A model generated the notes under the pieces. The model did not search any database. It was not told the DNA's origin and worked only from the letters and a program-made list of their open reading frames with translations. Source: the human T2T-CHM13v2.0 reference genome, Homo sapiens. Taken from it: a DNA stretch of 64,000 bases. Made by a program: the position numbers and the translations under genes. Shown here one piece after another: positions 40,641 to 53,576 of this stretch (its first letter is position 1; each line of letters opens with the position of its first letter). The DNA lies in the NCBI RefSeq assembly GCF_009914755.1, contig NC_060935.1; one strand, written 5' to 3'.

Positions 40641-40810
40641 AGTTTATCTACAGAGATCATCCACAGAGCTCAGCTATCAGCTACCTGGGATCCTGGTTGG
40701 ATACCAGATCCAGGGCTATATGACCTTTATAGCTCCCCAAGCCCAGGGTTGTGCATTTTACCAGTAGCCAAAGATGGCTCCGTAGGGTGAATTCACTGTC
40801 GAGTTAAACT
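40641..40810. mobile_element. Palindromic ancient MITE-like element, MER135-like
   Basis: Arms agtttatctacagagatcatccacagagctcagctatcagctacctgg and ccagtagccaaagatggctccgtagggtgaattcactgtcgagttaaact are imperfect reverse complements; core gggatcctggttggataccagatcc...tgacctttat...ccagggttgtgc matches my recollection of MER135. Confidence 0.8.
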
Positions 40811-43244
40811 CTGCTTGACTATTATTGTGGACATTACTGAGTTTGTGTCTCCTTTTGTGGGGTGCTGGTTAGTTCGGCCCAAGCCTCAGGGGAGATCTTC
40901 CAAGGATTTACTTGAGATTTCTCCCTCTCCTTTGAAAAGGGAATGGCCAGTATTGCCCTTCCTCCTCAAAATTACTTCTAAGTGTTCATTTTTGTACTCT
41001 GCATGGTGAGCCTGGAAGAATTAGCGAGGGCTCCCCGGTTATCACAGATAGTCGTTTCTTACTTTGATGGGTTGTTTTATATAAAGTTTGCAGATAGTGT
41101 CCACCCATAGTATCTCATGTAACACTCAAAATCAGCATGGGGTACATGGTTACTTCTGTTTTTGTCCTATATATAAAGAAACTGGGACCTAGAGAGTCCA
41201 AGGGATTTGTCTAAGGTCATGCATTGAAAGGGGGCAGAGCAAAATTAGAACTCAGACTCCCCAACTCCATCCAGACCTGTCTTCACATATGCAGAGATGT
41301 TCTTCAAGCTGTCCTGCTTTGAAATATTGTAAAGGTAGAATGCAGTTCTTCTGGGGACTGTGGTGTCCTGGTGGTCCACTTCCACCTTATAACAGAAGCA
41401 GCTATGGCTTAAGACGTGAGATTTTAGGGTCTCTCTATTCCTAGAACGTAGGACAATGCTGCTCACATAGTAGGCCCCCATAAATGTTTGATGTGTAAAT
41501 GAGCGAATGAATAATTGAATGAGTAGACCTCAGCTTTCTCGATTCCTAGTCAGATTTGCCTCACACTACACCACTCTGCTTCCTGCACTTTCATTGATCT
41601 GAAAAATCTAAAATCAGTTTTCAGACCTTAAAAAAAAATAAAAAGCCAATGGACCTTTTGCTGAGTGGAAATGCAAGAAGCAGGTTTAGGAGGTGGGAAG
41701 AGGAAAGAGATTTTCTACGTGGAAGAAATTGAGGCAGGGACATGTTTGCACTGCAATTGAAGGACACCCAGCCCAAGGAGCTGTCCTTGATGGCGTCCCT
41801 GACTCCTGATCTCTGGGCAGGGGAGGCGAGAGCCAATCCCATCCCTTCTGCTGTTGGACACGTAGGACTTTGGCCTCCAGCCAGAACCCATGCTTCAGAA
41901 CAGAGGAGGACCACTAAGCAGGAAATGTGGCCGCTTCATTCACAACCTCTTCTGAGTTTCATTTGTGACAAACCACTCTTCATAAACCTCAGAACTGCCC
42001 ATCGTCACTGGGGTGAGGGACGCAATGCTGCTGAGAGGGAAAAACAATTAGAAATACAATTAGTGTTATAAAAGCTGGTCATAAATATTGGAGTTCTCTC
42101 TCTGGAGAGGAGGGACAAGATGACAGCTCACAATTCCTTGTATTGACAAAAGAGGAAACAGTCCATGAAACTGGTCATTTGCCTGGGTATTTTTATCTAT
42201 CAGATCCCAGAGTAGGAACAAGGGAAGCATGAATGATTGGATTAGCTGCCCAGCCTTTATGTGCTTTTGCAGCATCAGCAATATGCAATTACTGCAACCC
42301 ACACACAGACGTGGCATGCACACATACACAACACACACACACACACACCACACACCAGCGTAGGAGGAGACCGTCACATGCAGTTAGGCAGAGACGACTA
42401 CGGGGTCGGACACTCCCATCCTACAACAGACAGGGATGAACTCACCAAGTTCAGATGTAGAGAAAAATGAGTATCCTTCCCTCCGAGTTGTTTCTCCTCA
42501 TTCCTGGAGGAGAATGACAGAGCCAAAGGCATCCTATAATACCCCTTCTCTCTCTCAAGGGCCTGAACCCCTTGTGATGCCCTTTGAGTTGGTATAGTTT
42601 GTGCCTTGGCCTTTCCTTCCAAGAGTCCATTTGGTTGTTCCTTGGGTGGTCTTGGCTCTACTACATGCTCGATGTGGCAAGGCCTGTTCATTTGGCAGCC
42701 CCAAACTCTCCAGTGTTTAGCTTCTCTGTTTCCACTTTCTGCAACTCCAGGGCACCTTTAGGCCCCCTGGTGGGGCTGCTGGGGGTTGAGTAGGGCAGGG
42801 GGTGAGTATGAGGACTGCAAGTTCCCCGTAGTATTTAGGACAGAGGCCCCCCTCTGCAGGCATGTGCAACCACCTGGCACCTATGCCCACCAGCAGGAAG
42901 CAGAGCTCCCCTTGCTGGGGGCACTGTGCCAGCATGGCAGATGGGCATGTGTGTCAGCTGCCAAGGGATCTCCAATAGGATCCAAATAGGTCTGCATTTT
43001 TGGAGGGCAGGACATTCTCTCCTTTTGCTCCTCTTCTTACATACAGGACCAGCTGATGAAAAACCATCTATCTCATATTGCCTTGGTTCCTCTGTGCATC
43101 TGATTCCACTTGACCTCATTATTGGCCTCTCAACTTTTTCCTTAGTGGGGAGGATGAAAAGATAGATAGAATGCATATACCCTTCTTCCACTATTCGCAT
43201 ATACCTACATATGTTCTGAGGATGTGCACCTCTGTACAGAGAAG

Positions 43245-43570
43245 CATGGAATCCTGAAATCTGCCAGCTGAGGCATTTCTTTCTCTCTCCTGACAAATGA
43301 TCATGCAGTTTCAGGTTGATTACTGGAAAGTGGTGGGAAGCCCACTGCCTCATGGGCAGTTCCTCCTTTGTTGGCTAATAGTTGTTGGACAATTTTATTC
43401 CATAATACAAAATTTGCATCCAGATTAATTCCAGCTTTGCCCTGGAGCAACTGAGAACAAATCTGCCTTCTCTTCCCATATGACAGCTCTTCAAATATTT
43501 TAAACCAATGTTCACATCCCTGAAGAGTCTTTTCTTCTCCAGGCTAAGTATTTCCTGTCCCATCAATTCC
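43245..43570 (-). mobile_element. L3/CR1 3' fragment
   Basis: Minus-strand translation LSLEKKRLFRDVNIGLKYLKSCH resembles the CR1 ORF2 C-terminal motif FSLEKRRLRGDLI..FKYLKGC. Confidence 0.8.
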
Positions 43571-44329
43571 TACACACTTTGAGTGACAAAGAATCCAGAT
43601 TACCTGTCAGGATTGTATAGTGGATTTTTGAAATAACAGGTGCTGAATTCAGATAGACCTGAGTTCTAATCACCCTCATGCACAGGGGTTGACTGAATGG
43701 AGACTTGCTGGTCATGGTCATAGCTGTCATCAATTACAATTCAATTACCTGGATTGCATTAAACAGCATTTACTGAACTATTGCTAAGTGGTAAGGAACC
43801 TATTCTTATTAAAAATGAGTATTATTTATGTTTTGGAAATTAAAAAGCAGGCACATAGAGGTAGCCTAGCTTCCTTTGGGTCATGCAGCTAGTCTATGAC
43901 AAAGCAAGGAAAAGTGGCGGCTTTTGAACCTGTGGCTTTTGTTTCCAAGTCAAGCACGCTTCCATGACCAGCACAGTTGCTACACTGGAGACTGAGCGGG
44001 GAATTGGAAATGCATATGGTGTGCATATGTAACTATAGACTTGTACAGCAAAAAGTTGAAGGCTAGCCAACACCTGTCAACACAATTATTCCAAGAGTAG
44101 GGGAGAAAGTGGGCCAGGAGGGATGGAAGGGAACTTCACTCTTTAATCTCTATAGTCTTGAATTGTTTGAATGTTTTTAAGAACGCAATATATTCAACTA
44201 ATTCTCATGTATTTAAAACACACATAAGAGGCTTATCACTCAGACTGTACCTTCAAGTTGGTTAAAATCCAGTGGGTGAGTGGGTGAGCCAGAGTTACTC
44301 AAGAACAAAGAGAAGTCCCCATTGTGAGA

Positions 44330-44535
44330 GACAGTATAGTCTGGTGGCCAAAATAATGGACTTTGGAGCTCCAGAGTCCGGATTCCAGTCACAGCTTTAT
44401 CTCTTCCTAAGGCTATAATGTGTATAATGTAGACAAGTTAACTGATCTCTTTATTCCTCCATTTCTTCATTTATAAAATGTAGATAATAATTTTTAGTAT
44501 GTATCATATAGGTTATTTCTGTCAAGAATAAAGAA
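44330..44535 (+). mobile_element. MIR
   Basis: acagtatagtctggtggccaaaataatggactttggagc...gacaagttaactgatctct...tttcttcatttataaaatg. Confidence 0.75.
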
Positions 44536-44544
44536 CTCCTTCCA

Positions 44545-45880
44545 TTTTAAAAACTGAGGTATAATTTACATACATTACTATTAACTCTTTCTATTGTACA
44601 GTTTATGAGTTTTGACGAATGCATAAAGTAATGTAACCACTACCACAGCGAAGATATAGAAAAATTTCATCAATCTCCTAAATCCCCTTGGGTCCCTTTG
44701 CTTTCAGCTACTCTGCCACCCTCAGTCCCTGGAAACCATGAATCTGTTTTCTGTTTCTATAGCTTGCCTTTCCCAGAATATCTTATAAATGTAATATATA
44801 TAGCCTTTTGAGTCTGGCTTTTTTCACTTCGCATAATAAATCTGAGATTTATCCATGTTGTTGTATATGTCAGTAGTTCATTTCTTTTTATTGCTCAGTA
44901 GGATTCCACTTATGATGTACTACAGTTTGTGTACTCATTCACTAGATGAAGGACATGGGGCTTGTTTCCAGTTTTTGGTGATTATGGATAAAGTTTCTGT
45001 AAGCATTCACATACAGGTTTCATGTGAACATAAGTTTATTTTACATGGTAAATACTGCAATTGCTATGTCACATGACAAGTATGTATTTAGCTTTATAAG
45101 AAACTGCCAGACTGTTTTCCAAAATGGCTGTATCATTTTGCATTCTCACCAGTAATGATAGACAGTTCCAGTTGTCCCATATTCTCCCAGGACTTGGTAT
45201 TGTTATTTATTAATTAATTTATTTATTTTTAATTTTAGCCATATAAATAGATATGCAGTGTATCTCATTATAGTTTTAATTTGTATTTTTTTCTTAAAAA
45301 ATTTTAAAAATAGAGACAGGGTCTCACCATGTTTCCCAGGCTGGTTTCAAACTCCTGGGCTCAAGTTTTCCTCCCGCCTCAGCCTCCCAAAGTATCAGAA
45401 TGACAGACATGAGCCACCATGCCCAAACTTAATTTGTATTTCTTTAATAAATAAATAAATAATGTTGAACATCTTTTCATGTTATTGTTTGCTATTTGTG
45501 TATCTTTGGTGAAATATTCATTGCTTATTTTTTTTTAATGTGTTGGGTTTTTTCTTATTGTTGAGTTTGAAAGTTGTTGATGTATTCTAGATTTCAGTCC
45601 TTTTTCATATATGTGTTTTGGAAATATTTTCTCCAACATTGTGACTTATTTATTAATTCTTTCAAGAGTGTCTTTTAAAGAGAAGATTTTAGAGTTGATA
45701 AAATTCTCTATACCATGGATCATAGTTTTGGTGTCATATCTAAGAGATACTTACCTAATCTAAGGTCACAAAAGTTTTCTGTTATGTTTTCTTCCAAAAG
45801 TTTTATAGTTTTAGGTTTTATGTTCAGGACTATGTTTCATTTTGGGTTGCATTGTATATATGGTGTGAGGTAAGGGTAGA
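44545..45880 (-). mobile_element. L1M (MC/ME-type) 3' region
   Basis: ctgaggtataatttacatac...aagaaactgccagactgttttccaaaatggctgtatcattttgcattctcaccag...ggtcacaaaagttttc. Confidence 0.88.
45289..45428 (-). mobile_element. FLAM_C-like Alu monomer in L1
   Basis: Left monomer; TSD ttaatttgtattt. Confidence 0.88.
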
Positions 45881-46198
45881 GACCTCTGATGCCACAGCTG
45901 CTGCTGGGCTTCCTGGATCCTCCCATCTTCCCCTTGGCCATGCTGTTCATATTTTTAAAGACGTTTTATGTAATGCCTATGTTAATATTTACATTCCTGC
46001 CTAACTAGCTGGCTTCTGCTGCCCTGGGCATTTCTTTGACTCGAGTAGGATGGAGTTGCAGTCTTTCCAGGTTACTCAGTAGCTATTTCCTACTCATAGC
46101 ATCAAAGCATGCCAAGAGCTGAAAGTTGCTTTGTGTGCAGACCTTGAAGTATAGACTCAGCAAAGGCTCCAGATGTTAACATTTCTACCCAAGATACC

Positions 46199-46541
46199 TG
46201 CTATGATTTGGATATTTGTCTCTTCCATACATCATGTTGAAATTTGACCTCCATTGTTGGAGGTGGGAACTGGTGGTAGGTGTTTGGGTCATGGGGGCGG
46301 ATCCCTCATGAATAGCGCCATGGTTGGAGGTGAATGAGTTCTCTCACCATGTGATCTCTTTGCGCATGCTGGCTTCTCTTCCACTTTCTGCAGTGAGTTG
46401 AAGTAACCCGATGTCCTTACCAGATGCAGATGCCAAGTCTTGAACTTAAGCCACCAGAATTGTGAGCCAATAAATCTCTTTTCTTTATAAACTGCCCAGG
46501 CTCAGATATTCTATTAGAAGAGCACAAAGTGGACTAAAACA
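46199..46541 (+). mobile_element. MST-family solo LTR (MSTB-like)
   Basis: tgctatgatttggatatttgtc...gtgtttgggtcatgggggcggatccctcatgaat...ggactaaaaca. Confidence 0.9.
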
Positions 46542-48146
46542 GTACTCAAACAAGACTTAGATGCCTAAGCTTGGGCCAGAAGAAAATAGAATTATTAGAG
46601 TCTTTAACTTGAAAAGGTCCCTGGAAAATTTCTTTGTCCCTATTCCTTTGCCACTGTGGTCAGGATCTCACACAAATTGTCCCAGATAGAAGAGCCCCCA
46701 AAAGATTGGTTCCTTGGTTATTGACTCAAGTGTCAATCTGGATTTAGGTATTTTGGTATTGGTATTTAGGCATATGGTATTTATGAACAGGTAGTTAGTC
46801 GGTGGGCAGAGGCAGGCTGTGGGATCAGGAAGAAACCAGAGATAGGATGGAGAGAATGGGAAATTGGAAATCCAAGCACCTAAGCTCTCTCACACTCCAA
46901 GCATTCTAAACGTGAAGGTGCTGCTCTGGGGCAGACACAACAGGGATCCTGGTATGTTTCCTTGGCTAAATTACTACGTGCCCTCAGCCTGCTGTTCCTT
47001 TCTGTGAAATGGGGGAACTAGTAACCACCATCACTGCCACCATCTCCACCACCACCACAACCAACCTTTATCAGTGTTTTCTATCTGTCAGGCTCTTCCT
47101 GCACATTTTCTCATCCAATACTAACAATAACCTGAGGGAAATGTTATCATGTCCATTTTACAGATGAGGAAGTAAAGGCTCAGTGAGGTTAAGAAATGTG
47201 CCCAAAGTCATAAATCCCCTAACGTCCCCCTGAAAGGATGAAACCATACAAGAGAAAGTCCTACCCACCACTCCTCCATTTTATAGATGATCAGTACGTA
47301 CTAACATAAGCATAAAGCTCAGGCTTCCTAACAGGAAATACAATGATTTAGATTAATGGAATACAGCAAAGACCACTGACTTTCAGGGAGTTAGGGATAC
47401 TGGATTCTCAACCCAGAACTTGCTCTAAATCATCCAGAAACTTGAACTTGTCTTGTCTAGGACTTCATTTCTCCCTTGTTAAAATAAAGGCTCAGCTGAG
47501 AGGATTTCTCAGATTCTTCCAGGTGCTCACCTTCTGTGATTTTATTATTCTTATTTTTTTTGTCTGTGCCTTCAGATTCACAAAGAGATGTTAAATTTGA
47601 TTAGAAGTTACCAGAGATGGACTCCATTGGTGTTAAGAGAAGAGTGAGAAGATGCAGCTTAGTTTACATTGGAAGGGGCAGGATGCAGATCAGAATGATT
47701 TTTCCACTTGCTTCTGTTTCTCTGTATCTCACACATCTTTCAAGACTCTTTGTCTGGGGGGCCTTCCAGTACCAGCTTGGTAAATGGACTTCTTTGTAAA
47801 TATAATCTCTGTGTGCAGCACAGTTTGAGCTGCATTAATTAATTCATTAATGTACTTACTTATACCTGCCTTGTGCCAAAGTGGTGTTATGGTGGCTTAC
47901 ACAGATATGTGAAACACAATGCCATAACACATATTAGAAGGAAATGGGAAAGGAAAATAGAAGAACAAAGGAAGGAATGTCACAGGGGATCATGAATGAG
48001 GCCAATCCAGGGATGCAGAACTTGAAGCCCCTAAACACCTACTAATGGCAGGCTCTGATTCAGAATCTAAAGTTTCTGACAGCCAATCTGAACAAGGTAG
48101 CCCAGTCAGTCTCACAATTTACAGTAGTTTACAGTACCTGTAATAT

Positions 48147-48334
48147 GAGAGAAAAAAAGGAAAGAAAGGAAGAGGGAAGAGAGAGAGAAAAGAAGAAGGG
48201 GGAGGAGGAGGAAGAGGAGGAAGGGGAGAAGGAGGGAAGGAAGGAGGGAAGGAAGGAGGGAAGGAAGGAGGGAAGGAAGGAGGGAAGGAAGGAAGGAAAG
48301 GAAGAAAGGAAGGAGGGAAGGAAGGAAAGAAAGA
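48147..48334. repeat. Polypurine tract with (GGAAGGAAGGAG)n and GA-rich repeats
   Basis: ~190 bp with purines only on the plus strand. Confidence 0.97.
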
Positions 48335-51059
48335 GCCCAACTATTCCTGATGCTGAACCAGAAAGAGCTTTTCCTGGAGTCCTTCCTAGGAACTCTGTGT
48401 TATGTGATGAACAGCATCCTCACCACCCTCACAGTAGGCTGGCTCCTCATTCCTTGAGGCTGCTCCCTGTAGCATCATCCTTCAACACAGGCCAAACTTC
48501 AGCTCAGAAAAGCAGCTCCACAGGGGACCAGAGGGATATGGTCCAATAGACAGCTGTCTGCTGACCTGGCTAAACCCTGGGGCCGTTGTTAATATTTCTA
48601 GAGGGATGGATGTACTGCATCCCCTTCAGGCAATCTTTCATATAGTTTGTCTCTCTCAGCTGGGTTATTGATGGACACTGCATGGCAGTGAGTTCGAGAC
48701 TGTATTCCCTGCCAAATAACTGAAGTGCAGCCATTGGGTTGCCAATTAAAGACAGACCCATATGCCTTACAAACACAGAAACAGTTGAAATCCATCAACA
48801 CTGTAGTAGGGTTGTCATTCTCTTATGAAAATTGATGAGCCTAACTAGGACCTACACCTGATGAGAGGGCCACCTCCTTGGCTCTGAGCTGAGCTGGAAG
48901 AGTTTGCGGGGTGTTTGATTGGCCTGCCAAGCCCCCAAGCCATGAGTGTCTGTCCTACAGGGTGGAGTGATTGCTCTGGGAATGGAGAACCTTGAATCTT
49001 GCCATTTCTACAGTGAGAGGTTTTGTCTATAGGATCTCCAAGTTCCCCACCAGCGTGAACATTGCTAATTCTAGAAGGAAACTACTCCATGGGAGGAGGG
49101 CTGTTAAACACTAGAAAAGTCTGCCATTGGAATGGTAAAATTGCCTGCCTCAGAGTTGTAGAGATCCATGCTGTCTGGGGGAAATTGGAACAAATCTGCC
49201 TGGAGGCAGAGGGCTGGCCTGTGGGCTCTGGAATGCTTACCATGATGTGCTTGGTGGAGAGTATGTAGCTGGTTTATCTATCTGTGTCTAAGTGTGCGTG
49301 GCCTGGCAACAGTTGTCTGTGCTCACTTGGGTCCACACCTCCCTCTTCGTGTGAAGACGTGTGTATACACGAGTCCATCATTATTTTACCCCTCCCCAGT
49401 AGCAGCCGTGGCACTGAGAGCCATGGCTCTTTGCTGGGAAATGTATTATACAGCACAGTACTCCCCTCATAAAAATACAATAAACGGCCCTGCAAGTGGT
49501 CAGCAAAGTGATGACTCCAACCCAGTGGTGTTCTTGGAGGGGCCTCTTTGGAAGCAAAGCTGGGAAGATGGAACCGAAATCTTTGGGGTAATTAGGTTTC
49601 TGGCGTGCAGAAACTTCTTAAACCATTGGGAGTCAGAAAGGACCTGGTCTTGAAATCATACATCAGGCCAGGCTGAGTATGCTCAGTAAGTAAGTATGCT
49701 CAATGAGTATGAGCCCCCAGTAAGGAGAGAGTTGGCCATGCGGCAGCGCCTCTTTATATTTCTGCATCGCAGCTCCCCCTCCATGGAGACCCACCCTGAC
49801 CCACATAAGAGCACAGTTGTTACTTAGGAGGCACAGGGAGGCTGAGCTAGGGAGCTGATCTTCATGCCTTAGGGGCCGGACCCTGCAAGCTTAATAGATG
49901 GTCTTTTGTCTGGAGGGTGCATGGGTGAGGGGTTCATGGAGTAGAAGGATGGCTGGGATAACTGAACAAAAATTTCTTTCACCTTGTGGGTCCTTGTCAA
50001 GGACCTAAAGGAAAACTTTGAACCCACATCTTTCTAATTCTCAAACCACCCCTTCCCCCGACTCCGCCAGAGATGGGGCCTTGTGAGAGGGTGAAAGATT
50101 GGCAGGAGTGGGGAGTGTAACTCATAAGAGGGGCAAGAGTGGGCTGACCTCACTCCCAGCCTTCAGCCTTCCCTGCTTCCTCTTAGATGGAGAAGGAAGT
50201 GGGGCCCTCCTGGGTTCTTGTGGGTTCCCGAGAGTCCCGGCTCCCACCTCCTTGCTTTTCCCTTGAGGGCTCAGTGGGAGGCCCCAGCTAAAAGGCTGAT
50301 TCCTGCCAGGGCTGCCAGCAAGCTGGGCCAGGTAGCAGTTAAGGAGAATAAAAGCAATCAGGGAATTCTGGGGCTGCAGTGGCACGCAGACCTTCAGGGC
50401 ATTTAGGGAAAGTAGATTAAGAAATCTTTTTCCAGATAAGAGGGCCCTGTAAAGAGGCCAAAGAAAGGGAAATACACCCCCCTTTGATCACAAGGGATTG
50501 TAATTACTCAGATATTGATTGGGATAATGAGTTTGCCAAAACTCTAGAGAAGGAGAGATATTCCTGCAGGTATTTTGCTTTTGCAGAATTTGCTGAGCTC
50601 TCCTGTGAAGTCAAAGTCAATTTGGAGGCCTAGGCCTGGCCCTGAAGCCCAGAAAATGGGAGTTGGAGGCCTTTTCCTCCTGGCAGGAGTTCATTGCAGG
50701 CCCAGGCTCACCACCCTCCCTCCAGGGGTTGTTACCACTATCATTATTAGCCTGATCATTGCCATTATTGATAACCCTTGGGGCCTAATGGGGTTGAGTA
50801 TGCAGTGAGGAGAACTGAAGTCAGCCTCCAGAAGAGCGTAAGGCCCTCAGCCTGGATTCCAGAATCTTCCTCAGTAGTTTCCTTACCTCTCTTCTAGAAG
50901 CCCTCTCTTTCAAATTTCCTCTGTACCATACCCCCAACTTGTGCATGTGTGCATACATGCACGCACACACACATGCGTACACCCATGTGTATATACCCTA
51001 ACTACCTTCCAGCCACCCTGATCTTCCCACAATTCTCACACATGCCCACCTGTCACACA

Positions 51060-51310
51060 CAGTTGTGGAATTAGAGCTTTGGCTTTAGGGTCAGACAGAC
51101 CTGAGTTCAAATCCTGCTCTGCCACTTAATAGCCCTGCAATCCTGAGCAAACCACTTCACCTTTCTCAGCCTCAGAGTCATTTGCAGAATGGGAATAATA
51201 TTAGCACCTACCTCATCTCGCATAGTTGTTGAGAGGATTAGATGAGGTGATATAAAACATTTTGCTCAGTGCCTGCCTTATAAGAAGTGCCTCATTTAAG
51301 TATTAGCTAT
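51060..51310 (+). mobile_element. MIR (near full length)
   Basis: gtcagacagacctgagttcaaatcctgctctgccactt...ctcagcctcag...gttgttgagaggattagatgag...tattagctatt. Confidence 0.9.
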
Positions 51311-51654
51311 TGTTTTTGTTATTCTACAGCCTTCCTCTGAGATTTTGCATGAATCATTGCTTCTGCAAAGTTTTCTCTCATCGTAGCTGTGAACCAAGGC
51401 TCTTGTCAATCTTTCAGGCCTAGCCACGATCTCAACTCTGTCCCTTCCAGAATCTTCTCCTTTTGCTCCCAGTTGTCTGTATCTCTTATAGCTCTTAATC
51501 ACAGTTTGCTTTGAGTTCTGATTTTGAACTTGAGGAGGACAGGGATTTTATCCTCCTCTTTTTATCTTCCTTACTCCAATTCCAGAGTTTAGCACTCTAC
51601 ACACCTTTATATACAGTAAGTGTGTGCTATATTTTAGATTTTTTGTAATAATAG

Positions 51655-51905
51655 ATATCATTTACTGAGCAATTATTATGTGCCTTTCTTTTTATATACA
51701 TTATCACATTTAATCCTTATAACAATCCTATCATGTAATTATCTACATGAAGCAATTATTCATAAAAAAATGATTTCTTTTTTATAGATGTGGGAATTAA
51801 GACTCTGGAGAGATAAAATCATTTACTGGTCACATAGCTGATGAGTGGATGAGCTTTGTTCCAAACACAGGACTATCCGTTTCCAAAGACTGTATATTAC
51901 CTGCA
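51655..51905 (-). mobile_element. MIR
   Basis: catttactgagc...catttaatccttataacaatccta...ggtcacatagctgatgagtgg. Confidence 0.75.
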
Positions 51906-52619
51906 ACTAGGCTAAATCCAGCACATCTTTCATTGGTCATATCCTAACCCCCAGGTAGGCTGCACACTCAGCAACTTCCAGCTCTTAGCATGCTTTGGTT
52001 CTATGAATGGGAAATAGCTACTGAGTAGCTTGGAAAGATTGCAACTCCATCCTGCTTGAGTCAAGAAATGCCCAGGGCAGCAGAGGCCAGCCTGGTTTAG
52101 CAGGGATGTAAATATTAGCACAGGCATTATGTGAAAGGTCTTTAAAGGATATAAACAGCCTGGCCAAGGGGGAAGATGGAGGGTCCAAGGAGTCCAGCAG
52201 CAGCCATAGAGTCAGAGACACTTTGAAGAATATGGCGTGATGAAGTGCCAGGAAGACTTGCCTGTCAATGAAAGACTCTCTAATACATCTCAGCTGACAA
52301 AAAGCAGGGGAGAAGGTCAGTTCCAATAGAAAAAAATGCTGGTGAGGAACTGAGATTGAGGAGATAGCAGAAACTTGCCGTTAGCGTTCCAGAAGTCTGG
52401 AAAGACAAGAGTGAAGGGATACATGAAAATAAATGATTGATAATACTACTACTAATAATATTGATTGATAATGTGATTGCTAGGTGCCCAGCACCATGCA
52501 GTGTAAGAAGGTGAGTAGCTGTATAGCCATAACACCATAGACATGATTATTTCAGAACCCAAGTTCACTCCTTTTTAATATTTCTTGACTGTTGATACTT
52601 AAGGGGACTCCCAACCTCA

Positions 52620-53430
52620 TCTGATTCTTTCAACAAGCGTTTGTCTCATGTCTACTCTGTGTATGCTGCTAGGATGTGCCCTGGGGAGATGGATGAAACT
52701 TGTGCTCTAACCTGGAGGAACTCTCAGTCTACTGGTGGACAAGGAGCATACATACCTACAATGGAGTGGGATGTTTGTTATTAGAGAAGTTGGTCACTAT
52801 TAGTGTACAAGTGTTCTGGGAAATGGGAGGAAGATTTCAGAGAAGAGGTGGTATCTGAGTGGAGAATACTTTTAAGAATGGAAGGAGTCGGGTGGAGAGT
52901 GAGGGGAGTGCATTGTGAGCGAAGGCGACAGTTTCATAAAAGCTTGAGGCTGTGAGAATATATGGTATGTTCAAAATGGCTAAACGGGGACCCCTGCATG
53001 TCTAGGGTTGGGATATGTGAGAAGCTGCAGTAGGTGGAACCTGAAAGATATGGTGGGATAAGATAGTGAAAAATACTTCAAAGACATTGTTAAATCAATC
53101 ATCATGTTTATTTATTGAGCATCTACTCTGTGCCAAGTATGGAATCTGGCACTGGGACTGCAATGACAAGTAAACCAGAGTTGGTCTCTGCTTCACCTGT
53201 AGGATGACCACATGTTCCAGTCTCCTTTTTGTCCTGGAATAATTATTAATAACATCTCCTTTTACTTTCAAAAGTGTTCCCATTTACACTTTAAGTTATA
53301 TGATCATGCTACCTCAAAATTTCAGAAAGACAAACATTAATCAAACAATCACCCAATATATAACTTCAAATTGTACTGGATGTTATGAAAGAAAGATGCA
53401 GAGGGCTATTACAGCAAGCATTGGAAAGCA
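52620..53430 (-). mobile_element. L2 fragments
   Basis: ttcaacaagcgtttgtctcatgtctactctgtg; tttattgagcatctactctgtgccaag. Confidence 0.65.
53200..53311 (-). mobile_element. MER94-like hAT-Blackjack MITE
   Basis: TIRs taggatgacca / tgatcatgcta; taattattaataac...tttcaaaagtgttcc. Confidence 0.75.
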
Positions 53431-53576
53431 GCTTCATTCTCCAAAGGAATTTATACTTCTCTGCAGGCAAAACAGAGACAGAAGGTTTTTAAGTTGGAGA
53501 TCAGATCTTAGTTTTAGAAGTCATGGCATTTTTGTGCTTGTTGAAGATTTCTCTCTCTCTCCTCTCCCTCTCTTTC

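Noticed and set aside
42835-43353. 172-aa ORF (minus strand)
   Set aside because: Starts within the L3 remnant and has no recognisable domain or splice context
48145-48549. 134-aa KEGR-repeat ORF
   Set aside because: Translation of the GGAA/GGAG simple repeat
49673-49711. Short repeats and near-palindrome ctgagtatgctcag; similar 13-14 bp direct repeats at ~19549 and ~61507
   Set aside because: Ordinary slippage micro-duplications; no repeat-spacer periodicity, so not CRISPR-like
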